Assembly (NCBI GenBank): GCA_030068145.1
Contig: JAPJBO010000148.1
Coordinates: 208,409 to 272,408, forward strand
Direction of reading: 5' to 3'
DNA from: Diplonema papillatum
Lineage: Eukaryota
DNA length: 64,000 bases
In this document: in pieces, positions 33,702 through 44,884 of the stretch
How the letters are laid out: each line of letters opens with the position of its first letter
Numbering within the stretch: the stretch's first letter is position 1
The notes under the pieces: generated by a model
What the model saw: the letters and a program-made list of their open reading frames with translations, nothing else
Databases searched by the model: none
What the model was told of the DNA's origin: nothing
Made by a program: the position numbers and the translations under genes

Positions 33702-34851
33702 GCTGTTCTCGAGCCCTCTGCCGCTCGCGCTCCTGTTCGGTCGGCGGCACGCCGCGGCCGGACCAGCGGCTGGAACTCTTGGCGGATCTCAACGCGGGTG
33801 TTTTGCTCGCGAACGCCGGCGGCGGCGGCTCGTCTGAGGCGGCGAAGCCGAAGCCGCCCGGTCTCGGCTGCGGGGGCGGTCGAAACGCCTCGCCGCCACC
33901 CTTCAATTCTGCGAGCGTCCCGCGGAGCTCGGCTGCAGGGGCCGCGCTTCTGCTCGTGCTTCTGCTGCTGATGCGTCCGAACAGCTGCTGTCCGAAGCCG
34001 GCGGGAGCCGACGGCTGCGAAGGCGCGGGAACTGCCAGGAAGTCGGAGGCAGCGGCTGGACTCCCGCCTCCGAGCTGCTCTGCGTAGGAGCCGGCGTTGA
34101 GCTGCGGCGGCGGCGGCTTGCCCCAAGCGAACGGGGGAGCCGTCAGCCGCGAGTACTCCTGCTGCGGCGAGGGCGCCGGCGGCGCTGCCCTGGCAGCGCC
34201 GCCTGCGAAGAACTGCTTGAACATGCCGCCGGGCGGCGGCTGCTGCGCGTGTGCCGGCGGGGGTGCGCTGGACCCCGCAGCCGGAGGCGGCGGCGGCGGC
34301 GGCGGCGGGCCCCCGCCCCCGAAAGCGAACTGCTGCCCGAAGCCGGCGGGAGCCGACGGCTGCGAAGGCGCGGGAACTGCCCGGAAGTCGAAGGCAGCGG
34401 CTGGACTCCCGCCTCCGAGCTGCTCTGCGTAGGAGCCGGCGTTGAGCTGCGGCGGCGGCGGCTTGCCCCAAGCGAACGGGGGAGCCGTCAGCCGCGAGTA
34501 CTCCTGCTGCGGCGAGGGCGCCGGCGGCGCTGCCCTGGCAGCGCCGCCTGCGAAGAACCGCTTGAACATGCCGCCGGGCGGCGGCTGCTGCGCGTGTGCC
34601 GGCGGGGGTGCGCTGGACCCCGCAGCCGGAGGCGGCGGCGGCGGCGGCGGCGCCGGCGCATTGACGCCGGTGTCGTCGGACCATCTCTCCACCCCGGCTT
34701 GGTTGGCTACGGCCCCGCGTCCGCCAGGCTCGGCCTGCTGCGCCGGCTTCTTCTTCTTGGACTTCTGCCCGGACTTCGCCAAGGCCAGCGGCGCTCCCGC
34801 CGCGCTCCGCGGGGCGGGAGCGCCGGCGGCGCCGGAGCCGGACGCGCCCAA
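33274..34851 (-). CDS. Proline/alanine-rich low-complexity repeat protein (MGASGSG… N-terminus; repeated PAGFGQQ / PPFAWGKPPPPQLNAGSYAEQLGGGSPAAA / KPALKRKSAKSSSRGSGRGVPPTEQERE units)
   Basis: A 525-aa ORF. The region contains a perfect ~345-bp tandem duplication (34097-34432 / 34442-34777) and (GCG)n tracts, so all frames are open and the frame choice is uncertain. Confidence 0.3.
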
Positions 34852-36036
34852 AGCTGCGTCCTGCCGTTTTGGTTGTTGTTTTACATCAAGCGCCTGGTGG
34901 TGGTGGTGGTGGTGGTGGTGGTGGTGGAAGGAAATGTGTTTGTGCGTACGTGTGTAAGCCCTGTTTTGAGTGATTTAACACAGCACGCTGCCATCCGACA
35001 CTTTTTGATATCGACAAGCAAGCGTGTTACCATAAAAAAGCTGTCAGACAAAGAACCGAAGGCCCCGAGTGCAGTCGAACGGACGTGAGGTTATGCGGGT
35101 CTACCCCCACACGACAAGACACACAACACAACAGGTCAAAGTCCTGAGTGAGAATACAATACACGGTGGTGTATGCGATGAACAAAATCCAGATCGTGTT
35201 TGTATTGTATTTGCCCCTCTACCTCTATATTTCTTCCCTTTCCATTCGGAGTCAAAGCAGGTCCGTCGAGTATTTTTGTATAGGCACCCAGGGTTCCCGC
35301 GTTCGCCATACTCTTGGGATTTTCGACGGCGAATTCCGAAATTAGCCCAAACAAGATTGTCACTCGCATTTTCACACACCCGTCTTGTGACTGAGTGCAA
35401 GCGCTACACTGTTTCAGATTTTCTTATGGGCAGTGAATTCGCTATTGTCTTCGGGGTCGCGGAAACACTGCAAGCACCCGCTTCGTAGGAAATACTTGAG
35501 GCTGCCGCTTGCGAAAGATCAAGGAGAAGTAAGAATACGTCTTCGCAACTGCATCACTAGCGCAAAGGAATGTTGAGTGACTGCCTTAACTCGGCCGGTG
35601 CATCAACTCCCTCAGTGAAATTGTGATTGTTTCGGGTGATCGCGTCGGGACACCCGCGTCCACATGCTTGACGCAAAATTGCAGTTGATGTTCAGGAAAC
35701 TGTGATCGAAAGGAGAGGAGGAAGCGCAGGACTCCGTAAGGGGGGCAATGTAGGCAAAAAAACGAATCCTGGAGCAGTAGTAGTAGTTGTCATCTCACCC
35801 CCGCAGCAATCCTGGAGCAAAACAAACAAAAAACAAAAAAAAAACGCAAAAAAACAAAAAACATGAAAAAACAAGGCCCTCCTGGTGAACTCAGGTGAAT
35901 CCAAATACTCGTGCACACGCCCGGCCGAACCTTGCTACACCGCACCTAAGCCACCAAAAACGCCCAGCTTTTCACATCCTGCCTGCCAAGACCATTCAGC
36001 TACTGCTCAACAATCCTGATAGCTCTGCAGACTGCT

Positions 36037-36894
36037 TCAAAAGCTTCTGATAAGTACTCGAAATGCCACCTCACCAGACCGCTGGCCTGCACGTGGAAGA
36101 CCCTGGCTCACCGGAGCCAGCAAGAGTGCACCAGCAGACCACCAGGGCAAAAGAACACAAACCTCCAGAGCAAAAAAAACAGCAAAAAAAACAAAAGAAA
36201 ACAAAGAAAACAGGTAGGGTGCCAACATTGGGGGGGGGGGGGGTTGGGAACGGGAGCATACGAATCGCACTGCCTTCGGCGACGCGAGCAGACCGTGCAA
36301 GGCTTTCCGCGCGTCTTCAGCCCGCATGGTGACTTCCGCAGGCGCGGCTTGGGCGGCCACCGCGGCGGGTTTCGCCGCAGGCTTCTTCTTCATCGTCTTC
36401 TTCTTCGGCTTCTTGGCCGGCTGCGCCTTGGCGTCGGCGGCGGGCAGCTGCCGCAGGCGCTGGTGCATCCGCCGCTCCTCTTCGATCTCCGCGAGGATGT
36501 CCGACATCTTCTTGTACTGCTGCTCCTTGAGCGGGTCGACCTGCACCGCACGGGCCAGGTCGGCGATAGACGGCGTGCTGGAAGCCACCTGCTTCTGTCG
36601 GAGGCGCTTCTGCTCGTCTTCGCTTCTTTCCTCAACGGCGAGCATCGACGTGAATTGCGTCACGAGGTTGTACCCGATACCAAGTTCGACGACTCGCGGC
36701 TTGAGCCTGTTCTTCGCGGCGTCGTCCTTGCAGCCGACCGTCGAATAGAGCCCGTCTTCCCACTCCCTGATGAGCGCCTTGGCGGCGAGCTTGTGGATGA
36801 TGTCGCCGGTCACAAAGTGCGACGGCCACGGCGTCACCACGATCCTCCGCTGCACCCCTTCTTCGAGCGCGTACATCTCCGCCCGGCGCGGGAT
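36037..36894 (-). CDS. VIT-vWA (inter-alpha-trypsin-inhibitor-like) protein, exon 2 (C-terminal part: …IPRRAEMYALEEG…VVELGIGYNLVTQFTSMLAVEE… then a Lys/Ala-rich tail)
   Basis: An acceptor (caccttgcacctttttgcccgcag|ATC) at ~36895 joins in phase to the exon-1 donor. 'LVTQFTSMLAVEE' resembles the conserved ITIH/VWA5A C-terminal motif. The 3' end of this exon is uncertain. Confidence 0.5.
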   Translation of the reverse strand: MPRRAEMYALEEGVQRRIVVTPWPSHFVTGDIIHKLAAKALIREWEDGLYSTVGCKDDAAKNRLKPRVVELGIGYNLVTQFTSMLAVEERSEDEQKRLRQKQVASSTPSIADLARAVQVDPLKEQQYKKMSDILAEIEEERRMHQRLRQLPAADAKAQPAKKPKKKTMKKKPAAKPAAVAAQAAPAEVTMRAEDARKALHGLLASPKAVRFVCSRSQPPPPPMLAPYLFSLFSFVFFAVFFALEVCVLLPWWSAGALLLAPVSQGLPRAGQRSGEVAFRVLIRSF

Positions 36895-38228
36895 CTGCGG
36901 GCAAAAAGGTGCAAGGTGACGGGGGGGGACCCGGGAGGAAAACTCAGTTCGATGCTCGAGAAACAATTCCTGCTTCTCGCGCGCAGAAGGCTTCGGTCAG
37001 ATCTATCGGCGAATGCAACACCCGTTGCAACAATTCCTGGGCTGGCCGATTTTCTGGGGTCTCAAAGCTCTATAGACGCACGCAGAACAAAGCAGACACG
37101 CACTGCCCTTACTTTTGTCTTCGTCCCCCCTTGGGTTCCTGCCTCAGTGTGAAAACAACCAGAAGTGCAGGGAAGGGGCGTTCGATGTTCTTCGAGGAAA
37201 CGCGGGAGTTTTGGTTTCCTTCTTTTTCACGTTTACGTTCTTTTCGTCGTCGGCAATTTCGGTTGTTCGAAGAAACGCGGTGTTTCTCATGGGAAGGTGC
37301 CTTTTGGGCCCAGTTGGATAACAATGGTAACTCCATTGCTAATACATGTCCGAAGAATCCAACTCGATTCAACCCCGTGGCCTTAAAACCGCGGGGTCGA
37401 GGTGATCCGGGCTATTGTGTTGCCTGGTCTTGCCAGTGGGTCGGCTCCAAGCATGTAGAGTCGGTAGCACCAAGTGCACCGCGGGGCATCTCGCTATCCA
37501 GTTAGCTGTCACTCCGAAAAATGGATCAGGCGCTTCCTTTGTTTGTGCGCACTTCAAACCTTCAAACCTCGCTTGTTCATCCCACGGGAGTGAGGATAGT
37601 ACGTAGGACCAGCGCATCCCTGATACCTAGGAGGTCGATGGTATGACGTAGGTGCTGGGATACCACCAGCATACCACGATACCCGGATAGGTGCTAGTGG
37701 ATGGCGGGTTGCGAGTACACGCTGCCATCGATCGGTTTTTAGAGTTAAAGTTCGCATGATATTGCGGGGGTTTAGGGTCTCCGTGTGACCGTTGCTAAAT
37801 GGGTTCTACGAGGGGGGCTTTATATGGTTATGGGTTGTGTATTTGGTGCACGCTTTCGCTATGGGTTGTCAGCTGGAGGTAGGCGTGGGTCCATGATGAA
37901 AGCTGTCGTTGCTTACAGTTTTAAGGCAAGTGCGGTGCTTGGGGACGGCGTGATATTGGGCGTAAGATAAACGTCGGGAGGATCGCATTTTGTGTTGGCA
38001 AATTGCATTTGTCGGACCATGACACAAAAAAGACGCCCCCACTTTGGGAGCCGTACACTCCCCTCTTTACAACTTTCTATTTTCTATTTTGCATCCCTTG
38101 GGTTCCTAGACGACATCTTCCTCGAAGAAAACTTGATGCTAGCATCAACCATGCATGAGAGGCAGTGCTCTGCCTAAACATTAAACTAAACGATTTTCCC
38201 CTCGAGTGTGCAGCCGGCCAGGGCATAC
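36895..38228 (-). other. ~1.33-kb intron of the VIT-vWA gene, filled with interspersed-repeat fragments
   Basis: It contains copies of the 'gggagtgaggatagta' repeat, the 'tttagagttaaagttcgc' repeat and the 80-bp palindromic-core repeat (38095-38180). Confidence 0.5.
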
Positions 38229-39746
38229 CTTGTCGCCTTTGACCATGGCGTAGATGACCTTGCGCTCGTCGTTGTAGAGGGCGGGTATCAGCGCCGGGGC
38301 CTGCTCGAACCCGCTGTTGAAGAGCTCGCGCTCGCGCTTGTTCGCGATGCCCGACCAGTCGACCACCGCCTCGGCGAGGACAGGCAGCGCGGTGCGGCGG
38401 AGCTGGCGCCCGATCTGCGCGCTCCACTCCGACTTCTTGCCGGGCTTCAGCGCCTCGAACCGGCCTCTGCCGCACTCGGCGAGGGCGTGCAGCGGGTGGT
38501 GCATGCTCGCGTCGCCGACGGCGAAGGTGAATACCCGGCCGCGGTTGCTGTGGCGGACCAGCGAGAGGCACGTCGCGAGCTGCGAGCCGAGGAGCCCGTC
38601 TGAAAACAGGAAGACGCTCGCGTTCGTCTTCCGCAGCGAGAACAGCCCGCGCAGGGCGCGCTGCACGTTCGTCGCGCCCCAGTCCGGCGTGAGCTGCCGC
38701 ACGACCCCGGCGGCCTCGACGTTCGCCGCCGTCGCGCGCACGCAGGCCGGGAACACCGGCTCGCTGACGGAGCCGAACGGCACGACGTTGAAGTACGTGT
38801 CCGTGCCTTTGATCGCCTCCAGCGCCAGCAGCACCGCGCGCTGCGCGGCGGCCATCGCGCCGCCCTGCGCCATCGAAGCGGAGCAGTCGACGACGAGGTA
38901 CAGCTCGTTTCTTTCGGCGCGCGGGCCCCGCGCCTCGTTCTCGCTCTCGGGTTCGGCGACTTTAAGGTCGAAAAGGGGCTCTTCCTTGGTGGGGCAGAGG
39001 CAGATCATGGTGGCCCGGTGGCCTTCGCTGCTCTCTTCGACCCACATCCGGGGGACGGTCAGGTCCGAGAGATACACGGACAGCACGAAGTCCTTCGCCG
39101 TGACGTCCGTCTCCGGGGCGAGCCTCACCGCCGCGTTCTGCGCCGACCGCTTCTGCAACGTTTCGTGGGACGCGTCGAGCTTGACGATGTCCCAAGGCAT
39201 CGCGACCCCGACTTCAATGTCAACCGGGAGCATAGAATGATCCGTGCTTCCCTCAACACGCTTCGTCTTCGACGGGTGGACCTTCGCCGGGAGGACCCAG
39301 TTGATGCAGCCTTTCCCGCAGTCCACCTCAAGCTCCGTCAGGTACGTGATCTTCACGATGACAGTCGTTTTTGGAGGCAGGTTCCCGACGGTGACGCTGA
39401 AGACATCCGGCGACTCCGTCTCCTCTTCCAGCAGGTACGCCCCTTTGCCGGCGGCTACCGCCTTCTTGTACTCGCGCCTCGCCTCTTCCTTTTCCTTCGT
39501 GACGCCGACGATGTGTTTGTCGTTGATGAACGCTTCGAACGCGCACACCGCGGCTCCCTTTTGCAGCGGGAAGATGTACGTCGCTTCTACGACGGCGGAG
39601 CTCGCGTTGAAGTATTCTTGGAATATCATGACTTCGCCTGTGTGTGGGTCGGAATCACGCCACCACCACCCACTCCCCTTTCTTCTCTCGGTCAATTGTA
39701 TCCACCTCAGACCACCGTGTGGAATCGAGTTGGTGTCTTCAACCAT
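38229..39746 (-). CDS. VIT-vWA (inter-alpha-trypsin-inhibitor-like) protein, exon 1 (VIT domain …EATYIFPLQKGAAVCAFEAFINDKHIVGVTKEKEEARREY…; vWA domain …LYLVVDCSASM…)
   Basis: ATG at 39744-39746. The VIT and vWA (DxSxS MIDAS) motifs are recognisable. The donor (GACAAG|gtatgc) lies at ~38228. Confidence 0.7.
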
Positions 39747-40402
39747 GTATTCGCAGTGGAACTACCATGTGTATCTGAGCCCAAACGGCATCTAGTGTAC
39801 CCCGTACACAGGTCCGACAACCCTATAGCTTGTCAAACTGAGTCCGGAAGGTCGGAGACTGTGTCCAACGACGGTGCGGGTCGTGACGGAAATCGGAAAG
39901 CCCCATCGCACCGGGGAGATAGCGATGTGTTACGTAACGCACATAGGAGATGGTAACTGCTACGCAGCAGCAAGATTATTGGGTCATAACTCGTTGCGTT
40001 ATGGTAAGGTTTTAGCGGTAAGGTATAGTATGCGTATCGTATCTGTAGTAGTGGCAGTACGTGTGCATGTGTGTGCGGGTCTTTGATGCTTATTGCGACT
40101 ATTCGACTTATCCTGGCAATTTTGTGTATGTGCGCACCAGCGGAAGTCACCTGCTTTGGGTGAGGTACATGTTCTTAGGTCATAACTCGTTGCGTAATGG
40201 TAAGGTTTTAGCGGTAAGGTCTAGTATGCGTATCGTGTCTGTAAGCTGCAGTAGCGGCAGTACGTGTGCTTGTGTGTGCATGTATTTGTTGCGTATTGCC
40301 GTAATTTTGTATGTGCGCACCAGCGGAACTCACCTGGTTTGGTAAGTTACCTGTAAGTTTAGTACGCTGCTAACTACCGTTTTTAGTACGGACACTGCTT
40401 TG

Positions 40403-41800
40403 CTAACACATGGAAAGCACACCGATCATGTCGAGGAGCTTCGCCCGCACGGACACCGACCGCAAGGGCACCTGCAGGTCGCCGTTGGTGACGAGCCCGA
40501 TGACGGGCTCCTTGACGGGCGGCGGCTTGAGGTCCTCTGTGAACGTCAACTTGCCCTTGCCCGTCAGCGCCGCGGGCTTGCGGGACGGCTTGGGCGCCTT
40601 GCCCGAGGTCGGGCGCCAGGCGGCGCTGTCGCCGAGCCAGGGGCCCGGCCGGCCGCGCCTGACTTCGACGAGGTACTTCATCCGCTGCTGCGACGCTCGG
40701 TAGACGCAGTACTCGTCGTCCTTGAAGTCGGTCGGGGCCGCCGCGTCGTGCTTCGTTCCATGCACGGAGTCGAATCCCTCCGGCGCGTCGCCGACCAACT
40801 CCCGGCTGGTGTGCTGCACACTCCCCAGCGCGACTTCGCAGGCGAAAACGAAGCGCCTCCCCTCCGCGTCCGGCTGCGCGTACTTTATCGCGGCGTCGAT
40901 GCTGGAACCGAAGTAAATCCCTTTCCCCAGCATCCCGGCGTCCCTGCGCCTCCTCACGAACTGGGGGACCTGCAGTCCCCTTGACAGGACCCCCGCCACG
41001 TTCCCGGCGGGGGTGCCGTGCAACAGCAGCGCCTTCGGCTCCAGCAAACGCTCGAAGTCGTCTACCTCCGATGACTTGTTCACGCTGAATATGCTGCCGA
41101 TGTGCACCGGCTCGCTTCGGTCCGCGCTGCTCTTGAGGATGGTTTCCTCGATGTCCTTGAACAGGTCGGAGTCGCGGGGGACTGCGCTGACGTGCGCGTC
41201 GAGGGCCTCGTACTGCAGCGCGGCGCCGGCCGTGAATATGTTGCTGCACGCCGTCTCGCCCGTCGAGAACGCGTCCCGCAGCACGCCGAGCAAGTCCTGC
41301 TGCCGGGCGACCCAGCCGTCAATGCCCGCCGCGGATCCTGCCAGCGACTCCAAACTCTCTTCGGGCTTCACGCCAAGCTTCGCAATGTACCGGCACGACA
41401 GGGCCGGGACCTTCTCGAGGTATCGTGGCCTGTCCTTCCCGATCCCGTAGTTCGTCTCGTCGATTGCCTGTAGGAAGCTGGCGGTAGTACGCACTGGAGA
41501 CAGTGTTGCACTGGCAGGAAATCGTTCTGTGACAGCAACAGGCATTCGAGAGTGCCTGGGGCCAAGGGTGCGACTGCCAACATGGAAGGATTTTAGTGTA
41601 CATGTGCAAGGGGGAGGAAGTTGGATCCTGGCAAAGCGTCCGTCGGAGTGAGTGAAGCGCCAACCCAATCCGCTCTGTCGAAACTCTACACGCTCGTGTT
41701 CACCGCAAGCGCAAGGGTACACAACGCACTTGAGTTCACAAAGCAAGAAATGAAAGGCAAACCGAAGCGGTTTCAAAAAGACAGGTTTCGGCTTCGGCAA
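40403..41800 (-). CDS. Poly(ADP-ribose) polymerase catalytic-domain protein (…LLHGTPAGNVAGVLSRGLQVPQ…GKGIYFGSSIDAAIKYAQ…FVFACEVALG…)
   Basis: The PARP catalytic signature (H-G-[ST]…GKGIYFA…Y…E) is preceded by a helical regulatory-like region. The N-terminal extent is uncertain; this may continue from the 41736-42797 ORF via an intron. Confidence 0.65.
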   Translation of the reverse strand: MPKPKPVFLKPLRFAFHFLLCELKCVVYPCACGEHERVEFRQSGLGWRFTHSDGRFARIQLPPPCTCTLKSFHVGSRTLGPRHSRMPVAVTERFPASATLSPVRTTASFLQAIDETNYGIGKDRPRYLEKVPALSCRYIAKLGVKPEESLESLAGSAAGIDGWVARQQDLLGVLRDAFSTGETACSNIFTAGAALQYEALDAHVSAVPRDSDLFKDIEETILKSSADRSEPVHIGSIFSVNKSSEVDDFERLLEPKALLLHGTPAGNVAGVLSRGLQVPQFVRRRRDAGMLGKGIYFGSSIDAAIKYAQPDAEGRRFVFACEVALGSVQHTSRELVGDAPEGFDSVHGTKHDAAAPTDFKDDEYCVYRASQQRMKYLVEVRRGRPGPWLGDSAAWRPTSGKAPKPSRKPAALTGKGKLTFTEDLKPPPVKEPVIGLVTNGDLQVPLRSVSVRAKLLDMIGVLSMC

Positions 41801-42797
41801 CGTTGCGGAGGGTGATCGGGATCGACTTCTGCAGGTCTTTCTGCAGGTCGACTGTGAGGCCGGAGGCTTTGATCGCTTGGAGAGCTGCTTTCATGACACA
41901 GTCCATCAGCGAAGCTACGGCTGGGGTGAGGGACGCTGCGGATGATTGGGCGGAGGCGCCGAGGTCGTCTGCGCTGCCGCCGGCGAACCGTTCGAAGCCG
42001 GCAGCTTCGAAGCTGCGGAAAAGCCATGCGTACAGGGACTCGGCCTCTTCGCACGTCGCGGCGCGGGCGATCTTTTTGGACTGCGAAGAAGGTGGGGCGC
42101 AGCTGGCGACGATGACTGCGTAGTGGTCCCGCTCGGTGTCCACTTCGTGCGACACTGCCACCAGAGAAATAGTTGCGACGACGGCGGCGGGCGGCTTGTC
42201 GACGAACGCGTGGCGGTACACCAGCGTGACTTTCTCGTCGGCATCCGCGAAGCCGTCGCTTTCAACGGGGTGGTCTTCCCATTTGACCTGGTCGAATGAA
42301 TCCCACGAAGGCACACTGAACGCCTCTCCGAGATGCCGCCACCACGGCTCAGCCTCTTCCTCTTCCGGCAGTAAAGAGAGCGCGTTCTCAGGAACCAAAA
42401 CCAGGAACTCGGATGGTATTTCATCTAACGAGACGGCGCCGTTTTCTTTGCAGTGTCCCAGAAACGACTCGAATACGATCGGGATTCCGTTTTTCAGAGC
42501 GGTCCTCAGATTGAAGCTCACGCGCCATTCTTCCGTGCCGCAATTCCTGCTGATGAGAAACTGCGTCTTCGAGCTCACTGTCGACGTGCCTCGCACGTGG
42601 AGTTCTTTCAGCTTCGCCAGGAGTTGACTCTTTCGGGGAAAAGAAAGCGCATCGGTGACCTTCTCAACTCCCAGTTCCCACGCGCAGTATGCAACGGGAA
42701 CGTTGGGAGCCATGTGTCGGAGAAGTCTGCTGGCGGTTGTTCCCCAATTCCGACAAGGCCCCTCCCGCTCCTTATTTGACGCAAACGCAAATTTCAC
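41736..42797 (-). CDS. Hypothetical protein / possible N-terminal part of the PARP gene
   Basis: A 353-aa ORF of normal composition immediately upstream of the PARP ORF on the same strand, overlapping it by 65 nt. No domain is recognised. Confidence 0.35.
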   Translation of the reverse strand: MKFAFASNKEREGPCRNWGTTASRLLRHMAPNVPVAYCAWELGVEKVTDALSFPRKSQLLAKLKELHVRGTSTVSSKTQFLISRNCGTEEWRVSFNLRTALKNGIPIVFESFLGHCKENGAVSLDEIPSEFLVLVPENALSLLPEEEEAEPWWRHLGEAFSVPSWDSFDQVKWEDHPVESDGFADADEKVTLVYRHAFVDKPPAAVVATISLVAVSHEVDTERDHYAVIVASCAPPSSQSKKIARAATCEEAESLYAWLFRSFEAAGFERFAGGSADDLGASAQSSAASLTPAVASLMDCVMKAALQAIKASGLTVDLQKDLQKSIPITLRNVAEAETCLFETASVCLSFLAL

Positions 42798-44884
42798 ATC
42801 GGGTCCGGAATAAGCAGTTCACGAAAGATGTTCGGGACGTTACACGGGTGGTCTTCCATAAATTGAGGTTTCTTGATGCAACTTCCCATCAGCGAGCAGC
42901 AGTTTAAGCAACTTGGGGCGCAGATGAAGCACGAATCCCGCACTTGACCGCTCACTCAAGTAAAACAACGCATTGGTGCGAGAGAGAGAGAGAATACAAC
43001 CAAAACGAGTCAAAGAGTGTGGCAGTCACGCCTTAGCTTAGTCGCCCGCCCACCGGCATGTGGTATCTCTTTGAGACAGAGAAGAGACCGGTGCGGAAGT
43101 TGCACTTTCCTCATGTGAAGGTACGCCTTATTTACACGATACCACCTCTGTAGTAGTAGTAGTAGTTTGAACTTGATATGCAGCAAACCCGTTTTGTGAC
43201 GATAGACTGCACACGTAAAGTAGTATGTGTCGTTCTAGTCCGGGAACAAGTCAGAAGAAGAACGGAGCAATCTTTACGAACAGACGAGTGATTTACGGTA
43301 GCCCCGTGAGCGGCACCGATCCGAGCGCACACAGCAGCAGTGATGTGTCGGCAGTATTGCACTTCAGTTCAGGACGGGCTGCCGTCGTGAGCGTCGACGG
43401 CTAGCGAGTGTCGTCAAAGGGTGCAGTGGTTGGAGCAAGCTTGAGCGTGGCAGGTCGGCGCCGAACAAATGAGTTGGTCGATGAACTTCAGTGCATTCGC
43501 CTTCCGGATGCGTCGCGCAGCCTGTATAAGTCGAACTTTGAGTGCGTGAGCCCCTCCGAAGAAAGGTTCATCACGGGTCTCTGGGTCGCGTCCCCCTCCT
43601 TCTCTTGGTCGCCTGGTCTTGCGCGCAGCCTGTGCGGTCCCACGCTTCCGGGGTTTTCCGGATCCGGTCCCACGCGTCTTGATGCCTTTCCGCGTCTTTC
43701 GCGGCGGCCGCTCCCGCTCTGTCCTCTGCCAGGTGTCCACCACGCGTCCCAAGCTTCCCTGTCCGTCGAGGTCGCATTGTAGCACGTCGAGATATGACAG
43801 CGGAGGTCGACCGTGTTGAAGAAGAGAGAGAATGAGAGAGAATAAGCGCAGAAGGAAGGAAAGACGAGAAGCGCCCACAGAGCTGGAAAGCTCGACGCAA
43901 TGGCAAGTTCAGGTGTAAAGCTTCTAATGCTGAAGGCGGTCGTAACAAATGGCACCCACATCAATTGACGAAAGGTGATGAGTAAGACTGCCCTCAGAAG
44001 CCGAAGCGCGTGGTGAATCTCACACATCGTCGAAGTGAAGGTGACTGAATTTGTGTAGTGCGGTTGTGCGCTACCCGATGTTGAGCCATGCTCGGTCGCG
44101 AAATGGGAAAATGGTGTAGCATCCTCGGCCTGACGAACCCGAAGGCAACCAAAACGTGATATGCACGTTAACGAACAGCTATGCGCCAGTACCGATGACA
44201 GCTCCGATTGTCTGTCGGGGGAATAGTTGATACTTATGCGATCCTGCACGAAGAAAAGCAAGTGCATTGAAGGAATGTTGTTCTCCTCCACACTTGAATG
44301 AACGACTCCTTCTTGCACCATGCGTGCGCAAGGAGCATTGCGTATTAGTACCATTCTGAATACATGAGTTGAGAAGCCGCTGAACTCTTTCCAGACAGGC
44401 AAAGAGCATACCGTTAGTGTCGACGGTATTGTGTAATCTCCCGGACCTGGGCTTTGATCGATAGCCGTAGCTGGAGGGCGGCCGCTTATGGTGTATTTCG
44501 GTGTCATCGACATGGAAAGCTGCGTGTAGGTTGGTTCGTATCATCGAACAGGGACTGAGTCCAGTCCTGCGCGTTCGGCTCATCGTCAACCCCTAAAGTA
44601 TACAAATAACAGCAAGGAGGAGGAGTTGGCGTTGTTGGCGAAGTCCTGCGAAGAGAATGGGGCCCATTTATCATGGCACCCTTTTTCACGAAGGCTTTTT
44701 GTGTTGCGCGTGTACCGTGATTGGGCACACCACTCGGTCCAGTGGCACAAAGGGGAAACAGCCAGGAGGGGCAGGCATGTAGGGCCTGCCCTACCTGCCT
44801 GCCCTGGCGCGACAACACTGGGGAAGACGCGCACCGCCGACCGGAAGGGGGGTCTTCCGGGTCTTGCCCACGCTGGTACCCCAA

